64,000 nucleotides of DNA from Terriglobales bacterium (GCA_963788475.1 CAWBGO010000005.1:10505-74504); one strand, 5' to 3'; positions 30,202-39,907 are shown, numbered from the stretch's first letter. Notes: generated from the letters alone by a model not told the origin. A program made the numbers and translations.

Positions 30202-31398
30202 ATGAGCGAAACAGATGCAAGGAAGATCCTGTCGATCGTACTTAGCTTCATTCTTGTTACTTTCCCGCCGCAGTCGGCATACGCATACCAGGCGCCGGGT
30301 TCCGCTCCTGCGAGCGGAGCCGGGAGTGCCACTGAAGGAGCTCCCCGGAGTGCGAGCGAGTTACAGTCACTGGTTGCGCCCATCGCGTTGTATCCCGATG
30401 CGCTGGTTGCGCAGATACTCGCGGCCGCGACATTTCCTGATCAGGTGGCAATCGCCGATTACTGGCTGCAGGAAAACCAGAAACTGACGGGAAACTCGTT
30501 GATGCAAGCCGTCGACAAGCAAACCTGGGATCCGAGCGTGAAGGCGCTCACACAGTTTCAGTCCGTGCTTCATAACATGGCGACAAACCTGACGTGGACC
30601 TCATCGCTCGGAGAGGCATACCACGACCAGTCGGCGGATGTGATGACCGCCGTGCAGACGTTGCGCGCCCAGGCCAAGGCAAAGGGCAACCTCAAATCGA
30701 CTTCACAAATCACGGTGGTCGAGCAGTCGCCGCAGACGATCGTCATTCAGTCCGCGAACCCTCAGATTGTTTACGTTCCGCAGTACGACCCCGCTGTGAT
30801 TTACGGCTATCCTTACGTGGTTCCCAGCTATGTTGCTCCCACATACACCACCGGCGACATGGTGGCCGCCGGCCTGCTTTCGTTCGGGGCCGGAATTGCG
30901 GTGGGCGCGATGATGAGCGGCGGGTGTTGCGGCTGGGGCTACAGCAGCTGGAATTGCGGCTGGCATGGCACTGCAGTGATTTATCACGGCGGAGGATACT
31001 ACGGAAACTCGGGCTGGCATGGCGGCTACTACAACGGGGGCTACCACAACAGCTACGGCTACAACAACGCCTACAACCACTCCGGCAATAACTACAACAA
31101 CTATCACGGCGGAAACACCTACAACAAGAACACGGTCAACGTGAACCATCAGAACGCCCAGAACTTCAACTCCGATCACTCCTCGGGATCCAATTCGTGG
31201 GCACACGATAATTCGGGAGCGGGGAAATCGAATGCCTTTAGCGGCATGGATGGCCACTCCGGCGGATTTGGCGGATCGGGCGGCTGGTCCTCGAGAGCCG
31301 ACAGCGGCCGCGGTTGGGGGAGCATGCGGTCGAGTGGATTCGGGGGCGGCCGATTCGGGGGCGGCGGCGGATTTGGCGGCGGAGGTTTTCGACGTTGA
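30202..31398 (+). CDS. DUF3300 domain protein with Gly/Asn/Tyr-rich tail
   Basis: LVAPIALYPDALVAQIL, WDPSVKAL, WT..LG, VMTAVQ.LR..A, VYVPQYDP. Confidence 0.9.
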   Translation: MSETDARKILSIVLSFILVTFPPQSAYAYQAPGSAPASGAGSATEGAPRSASELQSLVAPIALYPDALVAQILAAATFPDQVAIADYWLQENQKLTGNSLMQAVDKQTWDPSVKALTQFQSVLHNMATNLTWTSSLGEAYHDQSADVMTAVQTLRAQAKAKGNLKSTSQITVVEQSPQTIVIQSANPQIVYVPQYDPAVIYGYPYVVPSYVAPTYTTGDMVAAGLLSFGAGIAVGAMMSGGCCGWGYSSWNCGWHGTAVIYHGGGYYGNSGWHGGYYNGGYHNSYGYNNAYNHSGNNYNNYHGGNTYNKNTVNVNHQNAQNFNSDHSSGSNSWAHDNSGAGKSNAFSGMDGHSGGFGGSGGWSSRADSGRGWGSMRSSGFGGGRFGGGGGFGGGGFRR

Positions 31399-31445
31399 TG
31401 CCAACCGAGATCTGAAGGGAAATGAAGGGGTTTGGAGAAAAGAGT

Positions 31446-32426
31446 ATGCCTGATCGTAGCCGGACACACACGGCCCGACGTGCAAGTTTAGTCATGAGCA
31501 TGGCGTTGTTCGCGTTGCTCATCTCTCTGGCTTCCTGCAAAAAGGCGGACGATTCAAAGGCCGCCGCCCAGAGGACATTTGCTTCGCCTGCAGAAGCCGG
31601 CGCCGCGCTTTTGGACGCCGCCAAGTCAGGCGACCAGGGTGCGTTCCTGGCGATCTTTGGTCCGGAAGGCAAGGAGGTCCTGTTCTCTGGAGATGCGGTG
31701 AAGGACAAGAACGTGCTGCAGGACTTCGCAGCCGCTTACGGCCAGGTGAATCGCTGGCGCGAGATCACGGCCGGCGGCGAGGTTCTATACGTCGGGGCGG
31801 ACAACTATCCGTTTCCGATTCCACTGGGCAAAAACTCCTCCGGCCAGTGGTCCTTCGACACGGCAGCGGGCAAGGACGAGATTCTTGCACGCCGAATCGG
31901 CAAGGGAGAGTTGACCGCGATCGCCGCGTGTGGAGCAACGGCCGACGCCGAGCGCCAATATTTCAGCCAGACTCACGATGGCGACCATGTAAAGCAATAC
32001 GCTCAGAAATTTGTCAGCGACGAAGGCAAGCACAACGGGCTGTATTGGAAAGATCCGGATGGTAAAGCTCCGAGCCCGCTCGGCGAACTTGTGGACTTCG
32101 CGAAGGCTGTTGGTTACACCAATTCCGGCGAAAAGCCACAGCCCTTTAATGGATATTATTTCCGGATCCTGACCAAACAGGGAGATCCAGCACAAGGTGG
32201 CGCGAAGGACTACATCGTGAACGGGAAGATGACGGGTGGTTTCGCCGTTCTCGCCTATCCCGTCGAATACAGAAATTCGGGAATCATGACATTCCTGGTT
32301 GGCACCGACGGCATCGTTCATCAAAAAGATCTGGGCGAAAAGACGGCGGATCTCGCTGCCGCCATGGAGCAATACAACCCCGGCGACGGCTGGAGCAGCG
32401 CACTCGGCTCCGACACATCGAAATGA
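31446..32426 (+). CDS. DUF2950 family lipoprotein
   Basis: Lipobox LASC, TFASPAEA, PFPIPL, EILARRIG..E, YAQKF.S..GK.NGLYW, PFNGYYFRIL, Y..SGIMTF. Confidence 0.9.
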   Translation: MPDRSRTHTARRASLVMSMALFALLISLASCKKADDSKAAAQRTFASPAEAGAALLDAAKSGDQGAFLAIFGPEGKEVLFSGDAVKDKNVLQDFAAAYGQVNRWREITAGGEVLYVGADNYPFPIPLGKNSSGQWSFDTAAGKDEILARRIGKGELTAIAACGATADAERQYFSQTHDGDHVKQYAQKFVSDEGKHNGLYWKDPDGKAPSPLGELVDFAKAVGYTNSGEKPQPFNGYYFRILTKQGDPAQGGAKDYIVNGKMTGGFAVLAYPVEYRNSGIMTFLVGTDGIVHQKDLGEKTADLAAAMEQYNPGDGWSSALGSDTSK

Positions 32427-32439
32427 GGAATGTCAAAAC

Positions 32440-32460
32440 CGGAAACCAGGACCAGTTCCA
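32440..32460 (+). repeat. att-like direct repeat, copy 3
   Basis: Perfect 21-bp match to 28605-28625; both are followed shortly by CTTCGC. Confidence 0.85.
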
Positions 32461-32543
32461 AACGGCTTCGCACTGTCCGCGCAATTGAAAGACCAGATTT
32501 GTGGCGATGGTTCATCGCCTGCCCATATAGCGGCGCCGAGCCT

Positions 32544-33578
32544 TCAGCCGGCGATCCGGTCGCCAGTGCCAAATCGACGGCGGTAGTCTGTGGGCGTAAG
32601 GCCCAGGAACCGGTCAAAAACCTTTCGAAGAGTGCCCGTGTCTTCGTAACCCACCTTCCAGGAAATCTTCTTCACGGACAGCGTGGTGAACTCCAGCAGT
32701 TCGCGTGCTTTATGCACCTTCAGGTGCTGCACGTATTCAGTCGGCGTCTGGCCGGTGGCCTTTTGGAATCTTCTCAAAAAAGTTCTTTGCCCGAGCTTTG
32801 CCCGATCGGCCATCGTCTCGATGGGGATGGGTTGAAAGGCGGTCGTCTGGAGCCAGAGCTGCACGGTCAGGATTGCGGCGTCGCCGTGATGCATCGGCGG
32901 TGAGAAGTTGGCGTAGTAGCGCTGCTGACGCCCGGCCGGATCTACGAGGAAGAATTGAGCCGTTCGCATCATGACAAGCGGACCGAGATAGCGATCGACC
33001 AGTTTCAATCCTAGATCGAGCCACGCCATGACGCCGCCCGCAGTGACAACGTCTCCGAGATCGATGATCAGTTCATCGGTCCTTACACAGATCTCTGGAA
33101 AGCGAGTCGCGAGAGCATCTGAATAGCTCCAGTGCGTTGTCGCCGTCCTGCCATTCAGCAGTCCCAGGCGAGCGAGCATGAATGCGCCGCCGCAAACCGA
33201 ACAGAGGGTCGCACCAGACGCATGGCGCGCGGCTGCCCATTCGAGCAATGCGTCGGTCTTCTCTCCCTTTTGATCGATCTCCAGCGTGGGAGGAAAAATC
33301 AGGCAATCGAGCTTGATGTCCTGATGCGGCTCTGGCCCGAGAACACACGCTACTTGTGCTGTTTCGGCGTGCGTGTCCCAATGGCTGATCCGTAATTCTG
33401 GCCGATACTGACCGCCAAGTTCCGCGCTGAGCCGATTCGCAGTTTCGAAGAGGTCCGTCAGGCCGTGCACGGCTGCAAGCTTCGCTCCGGGATAAAGGAC
33501 AATACCGATCCTCGTTTTGCCCGGGCGCGGACGGGTGGCAATTTCACCCCTTTCTTTGTCAGTTGCGGCTCTGGCCAC
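32544..33578 (-). CDS. GlxA-family regulator (DJ-1/PfpI + AraC HTH)
   Basis: SVCGGAF.LA..GLL.GR.ATTHW, TAGG, RTFLRRFQKATG, VGYED; GTG start after AAAGGA. Confidence 0.92.
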   Translation of the reverse strand: MARAATDKERGEIATRPRPGKTRIGIVLYPGAKLAAVHGLTDLFETANRLSAELGGQYRPELRISHWDTHAETAQVACVLGPEPHQDIKLDCLIFPPTLEIDQKGEKTDALLEWAAARHASGATLCSVCGGAFMLARLGLLNGRTATTHWSYSDALATRFPEICVRTDELIIDLGDVVTAGGVMAWLDLGLKLVDRYLGPLVMMRTAQFFLVDPAGRQQRYYANFSPPMHHGDAAILTVQLWLQTTAFQPIPIETMADRAKLGQRTFLRRFQKATGQTPTEYVQHLKVHKARELLEFTTLSVKKISWKVGYEDTGTLRKVFDRFLGLTPTDYRRRFGTGDRIAG

Positions 33579-33685
33579 GGTCGATCCTTTCCGTTTAACT
33601 GTTGGAGCCACAGTGTACCGGACAGCGTTGGACGAATCCTCAACGCGGGGGGACACAGTGTAGCGCTCAAAAGAGGAGAAGATCG

Positions 33686-34507
33686 ATGAAGAAGATAACC
33701 GTCAAGGACGGCACCGAGATTTTTTACAAGGATTGGGGAACGGGCAAGCCGCTCTTCTTTCATCACGGCTGGCCTTTATCCGCCGATGATTGGGATGGCC
33801 AGATGATGTTTTTCCTCGAGCGCGGTTACCGCGTGATCGCTCATGATCGCCGCGGCCACGGACGCTCCACACAGACAGACAAAGGGCACGACATGGACAC
33901 CTATGCCGCTGACGTGGCGGAGCTCGTCGCGGCCCTGGACCTGAGAGACTCCATCCACATCGGTCACTCTACGGGGGGCGGCGAGGTCACCCGTTACGTA
34001 GCGAAGCATGGAAAAGGAAGGGTCGCGAAAGCTGTCCTGATCAGCGCGATTCCACCGCTTTTCATGAAAACCGAAAAGAATCTTGACGGGGTTCCCAGGG
34101 AGGTTGTCGACGGCCTTCGCGACGGAACCGCGAACAACCGGGCACAGTTTTACAAGGACATTACGATTCCCTTTTACGGGTTCAATCGTCCTGGCGCCCG
34201 GGTCTCCGAGGGGATTCGGGATAACTGGTGGCGCCAGGGAATGATGGGGTCAGCCAAGGCGCACTACGACTGTATCAAGGTGCTCTCCGAGACCGAGTTT
34301 TATGACGACCTGAAAGCGATCGACGTTCCGGTCCTGGTGATGCACGGCGAGGATGACCAGATTTGTCCGTTCCCGACAACGGGAGCACGATCGGTCAAGC
34401 TTTTGAAGCACGGGACATTGAAATCCTATCCCGGATTACCCCACGGAATGCCCGCGACCCATGGGGAAATCATCAACGCCGACCTGCTCGAATTTATCCG
34501 GTCGTGA
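33686..34507 (+). CDS. cpo: Non-heme chloroperoxidase/perhydrolase-like alpha/beta hydrolase
   Basis: IFYKDWG, HGWPLSADDW, HDRRGHGRS, GHSTGGGEV nucleophile elbow, HGEDDQI, PHG. Confidence 0.9.
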   Translation: MKKITVKDGTEIFYKDWGTGKPLFFHHGWPLSADDWDGQMMFFLERGYRVIAHDRRGHGRSTQTDKGHDMDTYAADVAELVAALDLRDSIHIGHSTGGGEVTRYVAKHGKGRVAKAVLISAIPPLFMKTEKNLDGVPREVVDGLRDGTANNRAQFYKDITIPFYGFNRPGARVSEGIRDNWWRQGMMGSAKAHYDCIKVLSETEFYDDLKAIDVPVLVMHGEDDQICPFPTTGARSVKLLKHGTLKSYPGLPHGMPATHGEIINADLLEFIRS

Positions 34508-34571
34508 TGCTTGGAAGGTGGCGTTTCGAAGGTCCCGGATATGCCGTCATCCCTTCCAGCCAGCCGCCGGG

Positions 34572-36464
34572 TCAGTTCAAACCGACGCGCCGGAGCAGAT
34601 CCTTGAAACGGGAGTCGTTGCGTACGGGGTCGAAGATGGGGCTCACTCTCAGGAACATCAGAACGTTTGCTTGTTCCCGGTAGGCTCGCTCAAGCCAGGC
34701 AAACGCCTGATCGTAGTCACCGACCGCCAGGTAGGGTTGTACAAAGGCAGCAGGTGGAATGTAAGTTGTTTTCTGGCGTCGCTTCAATTCGTCGATCAAT
34801 TGAAGTGCTTCCGTGCGACGCCCCGCGTGTGCGTACGCCACGGCCAGCAATAGAATGGAACCTGGACTACGGTTCGTAGTTGAGACTGCGTGCTCGAGCA
34901 AGGAAATCGCTTCCTGGGACTGACCCGCCCAAATCAGCGCGTCTCCCAGAACCAAGCGGGTCTCAGGATGGTCCGGGCGCACTGCCACCACGCTTCGTAA
35001 TTCCCGAATCGCTTCGTCGTAGCGACGGGCGTGGAACAAGACCCAGCCGAGTTCGGTTCCGGCCTCCCCCAGCGGATCAAGCTCCACGGCACGCCGGGAC
35101 ATCGCCAGCGCCTCATCCATGCGCCCCTGCTTCATCAGCCAATCGCCAGAACCGCTATACGCATCGGCGTCATTCGGATTTAACTCCCGAGCCCGCCTGT
35201 ATTCAGCTTCGGCATCGCGCCATTGCCAACGTTCCATATATACGAATGCCAGTTGCGCATGCGCTCCGGCAAGGTTTGGATCCAGTTCCAGAGCTTTGCG
35301 TGCTGCGCTAATCACTTTCTGCCGTGCCTCATTGGGCGGCATGGCTCCAACAAAGACTGTGCCCAGTTTTCCGTACGCGGAGGCCAAACCTACATAGGCC
35401 GGCGCAAACGTCGCGTCCTTCCTGATCGCCTCCTCGAAGTAAGTTACGCTCTTCTCGATTTCAGTCCTGTTCGTGGACTTGGCGACGGCCCCCCGGCCTT
35501 TCAGGTAGCTCTCATAAACGTCAGGCGCGACCTCGCGCGCTCCGGCAAGCCTGGCACGCTCCTCACCAGTAACCGTAACCTCTACCTTTCGAGCGATCGC
35601 TTGCGCTACTTCGCTTTCCAGGGCGAGAGTGTCGCGCAAATCGCGGTCGTAGCTCTCGGACCAGATGTGCTGGTCGGTTGCGGCGTTGATCAACTGAGCG
35701 TGAACGCGGACATGCTCTCCCTCCCGCATGACCGAGCCCTCGACAATGCCGTCGACGTGCAGCATTTTGGCGATCTCGGGCACGGACGGCTTTGTGTTTT
35801 TGAATTGCATCACCGAGGTACGGGATATAACCCGGAGGCCGCGGATCATGGACAGCCGCCCGATCACCTCCTCGGTCATCCCGTCGGCAAAATAGTCCTG
35901 CGATGGATCTCCACTGAGATTTTCCAGTGGAAGAACGGCCACTGATCGAATCACCGGGACAGGTGCAGCGATGGGGCGACTCGGCCAACGGCGCCAGGCC
36001 AAACCGAGAAGGCCGGCGATGCACAATGCGATCGCCGCAATGATCCACCAGCGGCGGGCGGTAAGGGCGGGTTGCGCTCTTTGCACTGATGCAGGCGGGA
36101 CGTCGGCAAGCTCTTGAGCCAGGGCGCCCACACAATCCAGTGGAGCGATAAATCGATAACCACGCCGTGCCTGCGTCTCGATATAGCGAGGCTGCCCGGC
36201 GGAGTCGCCCAATACTGCCCGCAATCTTTTGACGCCCGCATTCAAGCTGTGCTCGAAGTCGACGAACGTCTCCCCCGGCCAGAGTTTGTTCCGCAATTCC
36301 TCACGCGTGACCAGTTCCCCCGGTCGCTCCAGCAGCATCTCCAGGATGGTGAGTGGCTGGCCTTCGAGGCGTATCCGCATTCCGTCTTTGCGCAGTTCTT
36401 TCGTGACGACGTTAAATTCATAGACGCCGAAACCTATGACATCCGACTTGGTGGAAGTAGCCAC
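34572..36464 (-). CDS. Membrane-anchored wHTH + TM + TolB-N-like + TPR regulator (CadC/ToxR-like topology)
   Basis: FGVYEF, LLERPGELVTREEL..KLW...TFVDFEHSLN, YIET..RRGYRFIAP, TM WWIIAAIALCIAGLLGLAW, SVAVLPLENLSGD, TPRs. Confidence 0.92.
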   Translation of the reverse strand: MATSTKSDVIGFGVYEFNVVTKELRKDGMRIRLEGQPLTILEMLLERPGELVTREELRNKLWPGETFVDFEHSLNAGVKRLRAVLGDSAGQPRYIETQARRGYRFIAPLDCVGALAQELADVPPASVQRAQPALTARRWWIIAAIALCIAGLLGLAWRRWPSRPIAAPVPVIRSVAVLPLENLSGDPSQDYFADGMTEEVIGRLSMIRGLRVISRTSVMQFKNTKPSVPEIAKMLHVDGIVEGSVMREGEHVRVHAQLINAATDQHIWSESYDRDLRDTLALESEVAQAIARKVEVTVTGEERARLAGAREVAPDVYESYLKGRGAVAKSTNRTEIEKSVTYFEEAIRKDATFAPAYVGLASAYGKLGTVFVGAMPPNEARQKVISAARKALELDPNLAGAHAQLAFVYMERWQWRDAEAEYRRARELNPNDADAYSGSGDWLMKQGRMDEALAMSRRAVELDPLGEAGTELGWVLFHARRYDEAIRELRSVVAVRPDHPETRLVLGDALIWAGQSQEAISLLEHAVSTTNRSPGSILLLAVAYAHAGRRTEALQLIDELKRRQKTTYIPPAAFVQPYLAVGDYDQAFAWLERAYREQANVLMFLRVSPIFDPVRNDSRFKDLLRRVGLN

Positions 36465-36489
36465 GCTGGTCTGGACACCTGAGAATGGA

Positions 36490-36518
36490 AGTATATCCGG
36501 GGTCTGGCATGGTTTGAA
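36490..36518 (-). promoter_or_regulatory. Sigma70-like promoter TTCAAA-N17-TATACT for the regulator gene
   Basis: -10 at 36490-36495, -35 at 36513-36518. Confidence 0.5.
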
Positions 36519-36523
36519 GCGCT

Positions 36524-36623
36524 TGTCACTCCATTACGGAACTAATTATTTTTTCAACGACTTCCGGTGTCACCTACAAATCACCCGATTGGCATTGACG
36601 GTGTGGCCGGCCTGGCTCAATGT
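36524..36623 (+). promoter_or_regulatory. Phased TGTCAC-like repeats abutting TTGACG-N17-CAATGT promoter
   Basis: TGTCACT 36524, TGTCACC 36568, AATCACC 36579, TGGCATT 36590 (all at multiples of 11); TTGACG at 36595-36600. Confidence 0.55.
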
Positions 36624-36723
36624 TGGCACCATTCCAAGACGTGAGTCTCCCTTGGCGAACCAATTTACATTTCAACTTCGCCATGGTCCCGTCAGCGAAT
36701 GCAACCGCAAATCGGAGGTCAAA

Positions 36724-37968
36724 ATGAAGTTCTCGCTGATTCCTCGCTTCGCCTGCGTTTCCGCCGGTCTCCTCTTCGCAGCTTCAGCCCTGTGCCAGAA
36801 TCCCGCGGCGGACTGGAACGCGATCGCACGCACCACCATCGTGGCCGTCGGCAAGAAGCCGCCGTCGTCGTCCGGAATCTTCTTTGCCTACGAAACCGTG
36901 GCCATGTATGACGCGGCGAACTCAATCCAGCACCGCTACCGGCCGTTCGCCGTCAGTGTCGATGCCCCCAGGGGAGCTTCAGTCGACGCCGCTGTGGTCG
37001 CGGCGGCGCACGATGTCCTGGTCCATTACTTCCTGAATCAGCAAGTGGTTCTGGATGCGCTGGAGACGAACTCGCTCAGCAAGATTCCCGATTCCCAGGC
37101 GAAGACAGACGGAATCGCGGTGGGCCGGGCCGTTGCCCAACGATGGAACGACCTGCGGACGGGCGATGGCCTTGAGGCGCCCATCCAGTACGTCTGGGGA
37201 CACGGTCCGGGGATCTGGGAACCGGTGCCGCCATTTCCTCCGCCCGCGACTCCCTGGCTGCCTTACTTCCGGCCCTTCTCCTACGCGAGCGCTTCAGACT
37301 TTCGGTCCAGCGTCCCTCCTCCGCCGGCTCTGAACAGCCCCAGATGGGCCGTCGACTATAACCTCACCAAAAATTTCGGCGCGCTGAATGGCAGTCTGCG
37401 CACTCCCAAAGAGACCGAGATAGGACAGTTCTGGTCAGACCATCCGCTGGCCCAGTATTCCTCTGCGATGGACCGCCTCATCGCCGATCGGAAACTGTCG
37501 ACGATGCAGACGGCACGGCTGCTCGCCATGACCTACGTGTCGTACGAAGACGCGATCATCGCGTGCTTCGATGCCAAGTATCATTACGCGTTCTGGCGCC
37601 CTTACACGGCGATCCAGGATGCGGACACCGACGGCAATCCGTTTACCACCCCGGATCCGGGCTGGATGCCACTGGTCGTAACTCCCGGGCATCCGGAATA
37701 CCCCGCCGCCCATGGGTGCGCAGCCGGGGCATTTGATGTCACGATCGCCCAGTTCTTCCACACCGATGCGGTTCCCACCCACTTCTCGAGCGCCGTCACC
37801 GGAACCACGCACGACTTCCCGAAGCTTACCGATGAGATGCAGGAAGTGGACCTCGCCCGCATCTATGGCGGGATGCACTATCTCACTTCTATGCTCGAAG
37901 GAAATGTTCTGGGCAAGGCCGTGGCGCGGCATGTGGTCTCGAACTACTTTCAACCGCTGGATCGATAG
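36724..37968 (+). CDS. Exported vanadium-dependent haloperoxidase-like / PAP2 superfamily protein
   Basis: Signal peptide, DWN, AMYDA.N, AKYHYAFWRP, TPGHPEYPAAHG, ARIYGGMHY; GGAGG RBS. Confidence 0.88.
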   Translation: MKFSLIPRFACVSAGLLFAASALCQNPAADWNAIARTTIVAVGKKPPSSSGIFFAYETVAMYDAANSIQHRYRPFAVSVDAPRGASVDAAVVAAAHDVLVHYFLNQQVVLDALETNSLSKIPDSQAKTDGIAVGRAVAQRWNDLRTGDGLEAPIQYVWGHGPGIWEPVPPFPPPATPWLPYFRPFSYASASDFRSSVPPPPALNSPRWAVDYNLTKNFGALNGSLRTPKETEIGQFWSDHPLAQYSSAMDRLIADRKLSTMQTARLLAMTYVSYEDAIIACFDAKYHYAFWRPYTAIQDADTDGNPFTTPDPGWMPLVVTPGHPEYPAAHGCAAGAFDVTIAQFFHTDAVPTHFSSAVTGTTHDFPKLTDEMQEVDLARIYGGMHYLTSMLEGNVLGKAVARHVVSNYFQPLDR

Positions 37969-38359
37969 CAAGACCCTGGCAAAGACTTATTCGCGTCCCC
38001 GGGACTCTGGTCCGGCTGTAGGGATTCGGACAAGGAGCCAGCGATCGTCCGCAGACTGAACCATCATGTGTTGCCAACAAGTCGAGGCTCGCATCCAGAC
38101 CGAATGCGAGCCCGATCTGCGAAGCTTGCCTAGAGAATAAACCTTCCCTTTCTTGCCTTTCCCCACGATCCGTACAATCCGACGGCTTAGAGGATTTCCC
38201 TTGCGGACTGCCAGTTTTGGTAGTGGCTCAGACTGTTGGTTGCGATTTAGGGTGCTTGCTGTGGCACACCTTGGTGCCTGGCGATCGTGCCAGTTGCCGT
38301 CCAAGGCGCGACTCGCTGATCGAAGCGTGAAAACGCGGAAGTGCCGGATACAACCGACA

Positions 38360-39838
38360 ATGACGACCAGAATTTCGAGCCCCATTCAATTGGCGCTCAT
38401 TGCCTTTCTAGCGACCTCATTCCTTACGTGCTGCCAAAACAAGAATGATGCAATCTCACAGGCTGAAAAGACAGACAAGATCAACGGTGTTGCAGTTCCC
38501 GGAATCGAAGAGACGAAACAGATCGCCCGGGATGGGTTCGTTTACGGATTGCCGCTGGTGATGAACTACACTGCGAGCTATGAGTTTTTCCTGGATCCCA
38601 CGTCGTCGCAATACAAAGCGCCCAACGATAAGCTATTCAACGAAGCGCGCGTGTTTACCTATAAAGACACCGCCGTCATTACTCCGAACAGCGACACGCC
38701 ATACTCCTTTGTCAATATGGACCTGCGTGCCGAACCGAGGGTGCTGTCGGTTCCGGCCGTGCCGAGACCGCGGTACTACGCTGTTCAACTGACCGATGCG
38801 AATACTTTCAATATCGGCTACATCGGCAGCCGTACCACTGGTGTCGGTCCCGGCGACTACATGGTTGCCGGACCCGATTGGAAGGGGGAGACACCTCCGC
38901 ACATCAAGAAGGTGTTCAATTCGACGACTCAATTTTGCCTGGCGCTCTTTCGCACCCAGCTCTTCAATGCGACGGACATGCCGAACGTAGTCAGGATTCA
39001 ATCCGCCTACAAGGTGCAGCCTCTTTCCGCCTACCTCAAACAGGCAGCGCCCCCCGCACCGCCGACGATCAACTACGTCAAGGCGAATGCCGAGATTGCG
39101 AAGACGGAGTTTTGGGAACTGCTTGATTTCGCGCTGCAATTTTCGCCGGCTGGTCCCGAAGAAGCAGGAATCCGTGCGAAGCTGGCGAGCATTGGCATCG
39201 GTCCGGGCAAGCAATTTGACATGAAGGATCTTTCCGCCGAACACAAAGCGGCTGTTCTTCTGGGCATGAAAGCTGGAAGCGATGCGGTCGACAAGTACAT
39301 CGCCGACGGAGGAACGCGCATCAATGGCTGGACCGTGGGTTCGTTCTTCGGCGATCGAGCCTATTACAACGGCGACTGGCCCAAGCGAGCCGCCGCAGCG
39401 AGAGCCGGAATCTATGGGAATGACGCTGCCGAGGCGATGTACCCGCTCACCAGGATCACCGCTAATGGCGAGAAGCTCGACAGCAGCAAGCACAACTACA
39501 CACTGACCTTCGCGAAAGGCCAGCTGCCGCCGGTAAATGCTTTCTGGTCGGTGACCATGTACGACGGAAAAACCCAGCTGTTGATCGACAACCCGATCCA
39601 CCGTTATCTGATCAACTCTCCGATGCTTCCTGGAATGAAAACAAATCCGGACGGCTCACTGACGATTTACATCCAGAAGGATTCGCCCGGAAAGGACAAG
39701 GAGGCTAACTGGCTGCCTGCGCCCGACGGGCCCATCTACCTGACCATGCGCTTGTATTGGCCGAAGGAGAAGCCGCCATCAATCCTGCCTCCGGAAAACG
39801 GCACCTGGCAGCCCCCGGCTATTGTCACGACCTCCTGA
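38360..39838 (+). CDS. DUF1254/DUF1214 lipoprotein
   Basis: YGLPLVMN, TPNSDTPYS, DLRAEP, RYY.VQL.D, IYGN...EAMYP, PPVNAFWSVTMYD, NWLPAP, RLYWP. Confidence 0.92.
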   Translation: MTTRISSPIQLALIAFLATSFLTCCQNKNDAISQAEKTDKINGVAVPGIEETKQIARDGFVYGLPLVMNYTASYEFFLDPTSSQYKAPNDKLFNEARVFTYKDTAVITPNSDTPYSFVNMDLRAEPRVLSVPAVPRPRYYAVQLTDANTFNIGYIGSRTTGVGPGDYMVAGPDWKGETPPHIKKVFNSTTQFCLALFRTQLFNATDMPNVVRIQSAYKVQPLSAYLKQAAPPAPPTINYVKANAEIAKTEFWELLDFALQFSPAGPEEAGIRAKLASIGIGPGKQFDMKDLSAEHKAAVLLGMKAGSDAVDKYIADGGTRINGWTVGSFFGDRAYYNGDWPKRAAAARAGIYGNDAAEAMYPLTRITANGEKLDSSKHNYTLTFAKGQLPPVNAFWSVTMYDGKTQLLIDNPIHRYLINSPMLPGMKTNPDGSLTIYIQKDSPGKDKEANWLPAPDGPIYLTMRLYWPKEKPPSILPPENGTWQPPAIVTTS

Positions 39839-39907
39839 ATATTGTCGAGGAAGTGAAGAGAGAGGTCTCAGGCCTTAACATGCCGTTCAGTTCCAGGGAG
39901 AGATGGG

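Noticed and set aside
39888-39897. CAGTTCCAGG as a fourth att-like copy before terC
   Set aside because: Only 10 bp, within chance expectation.
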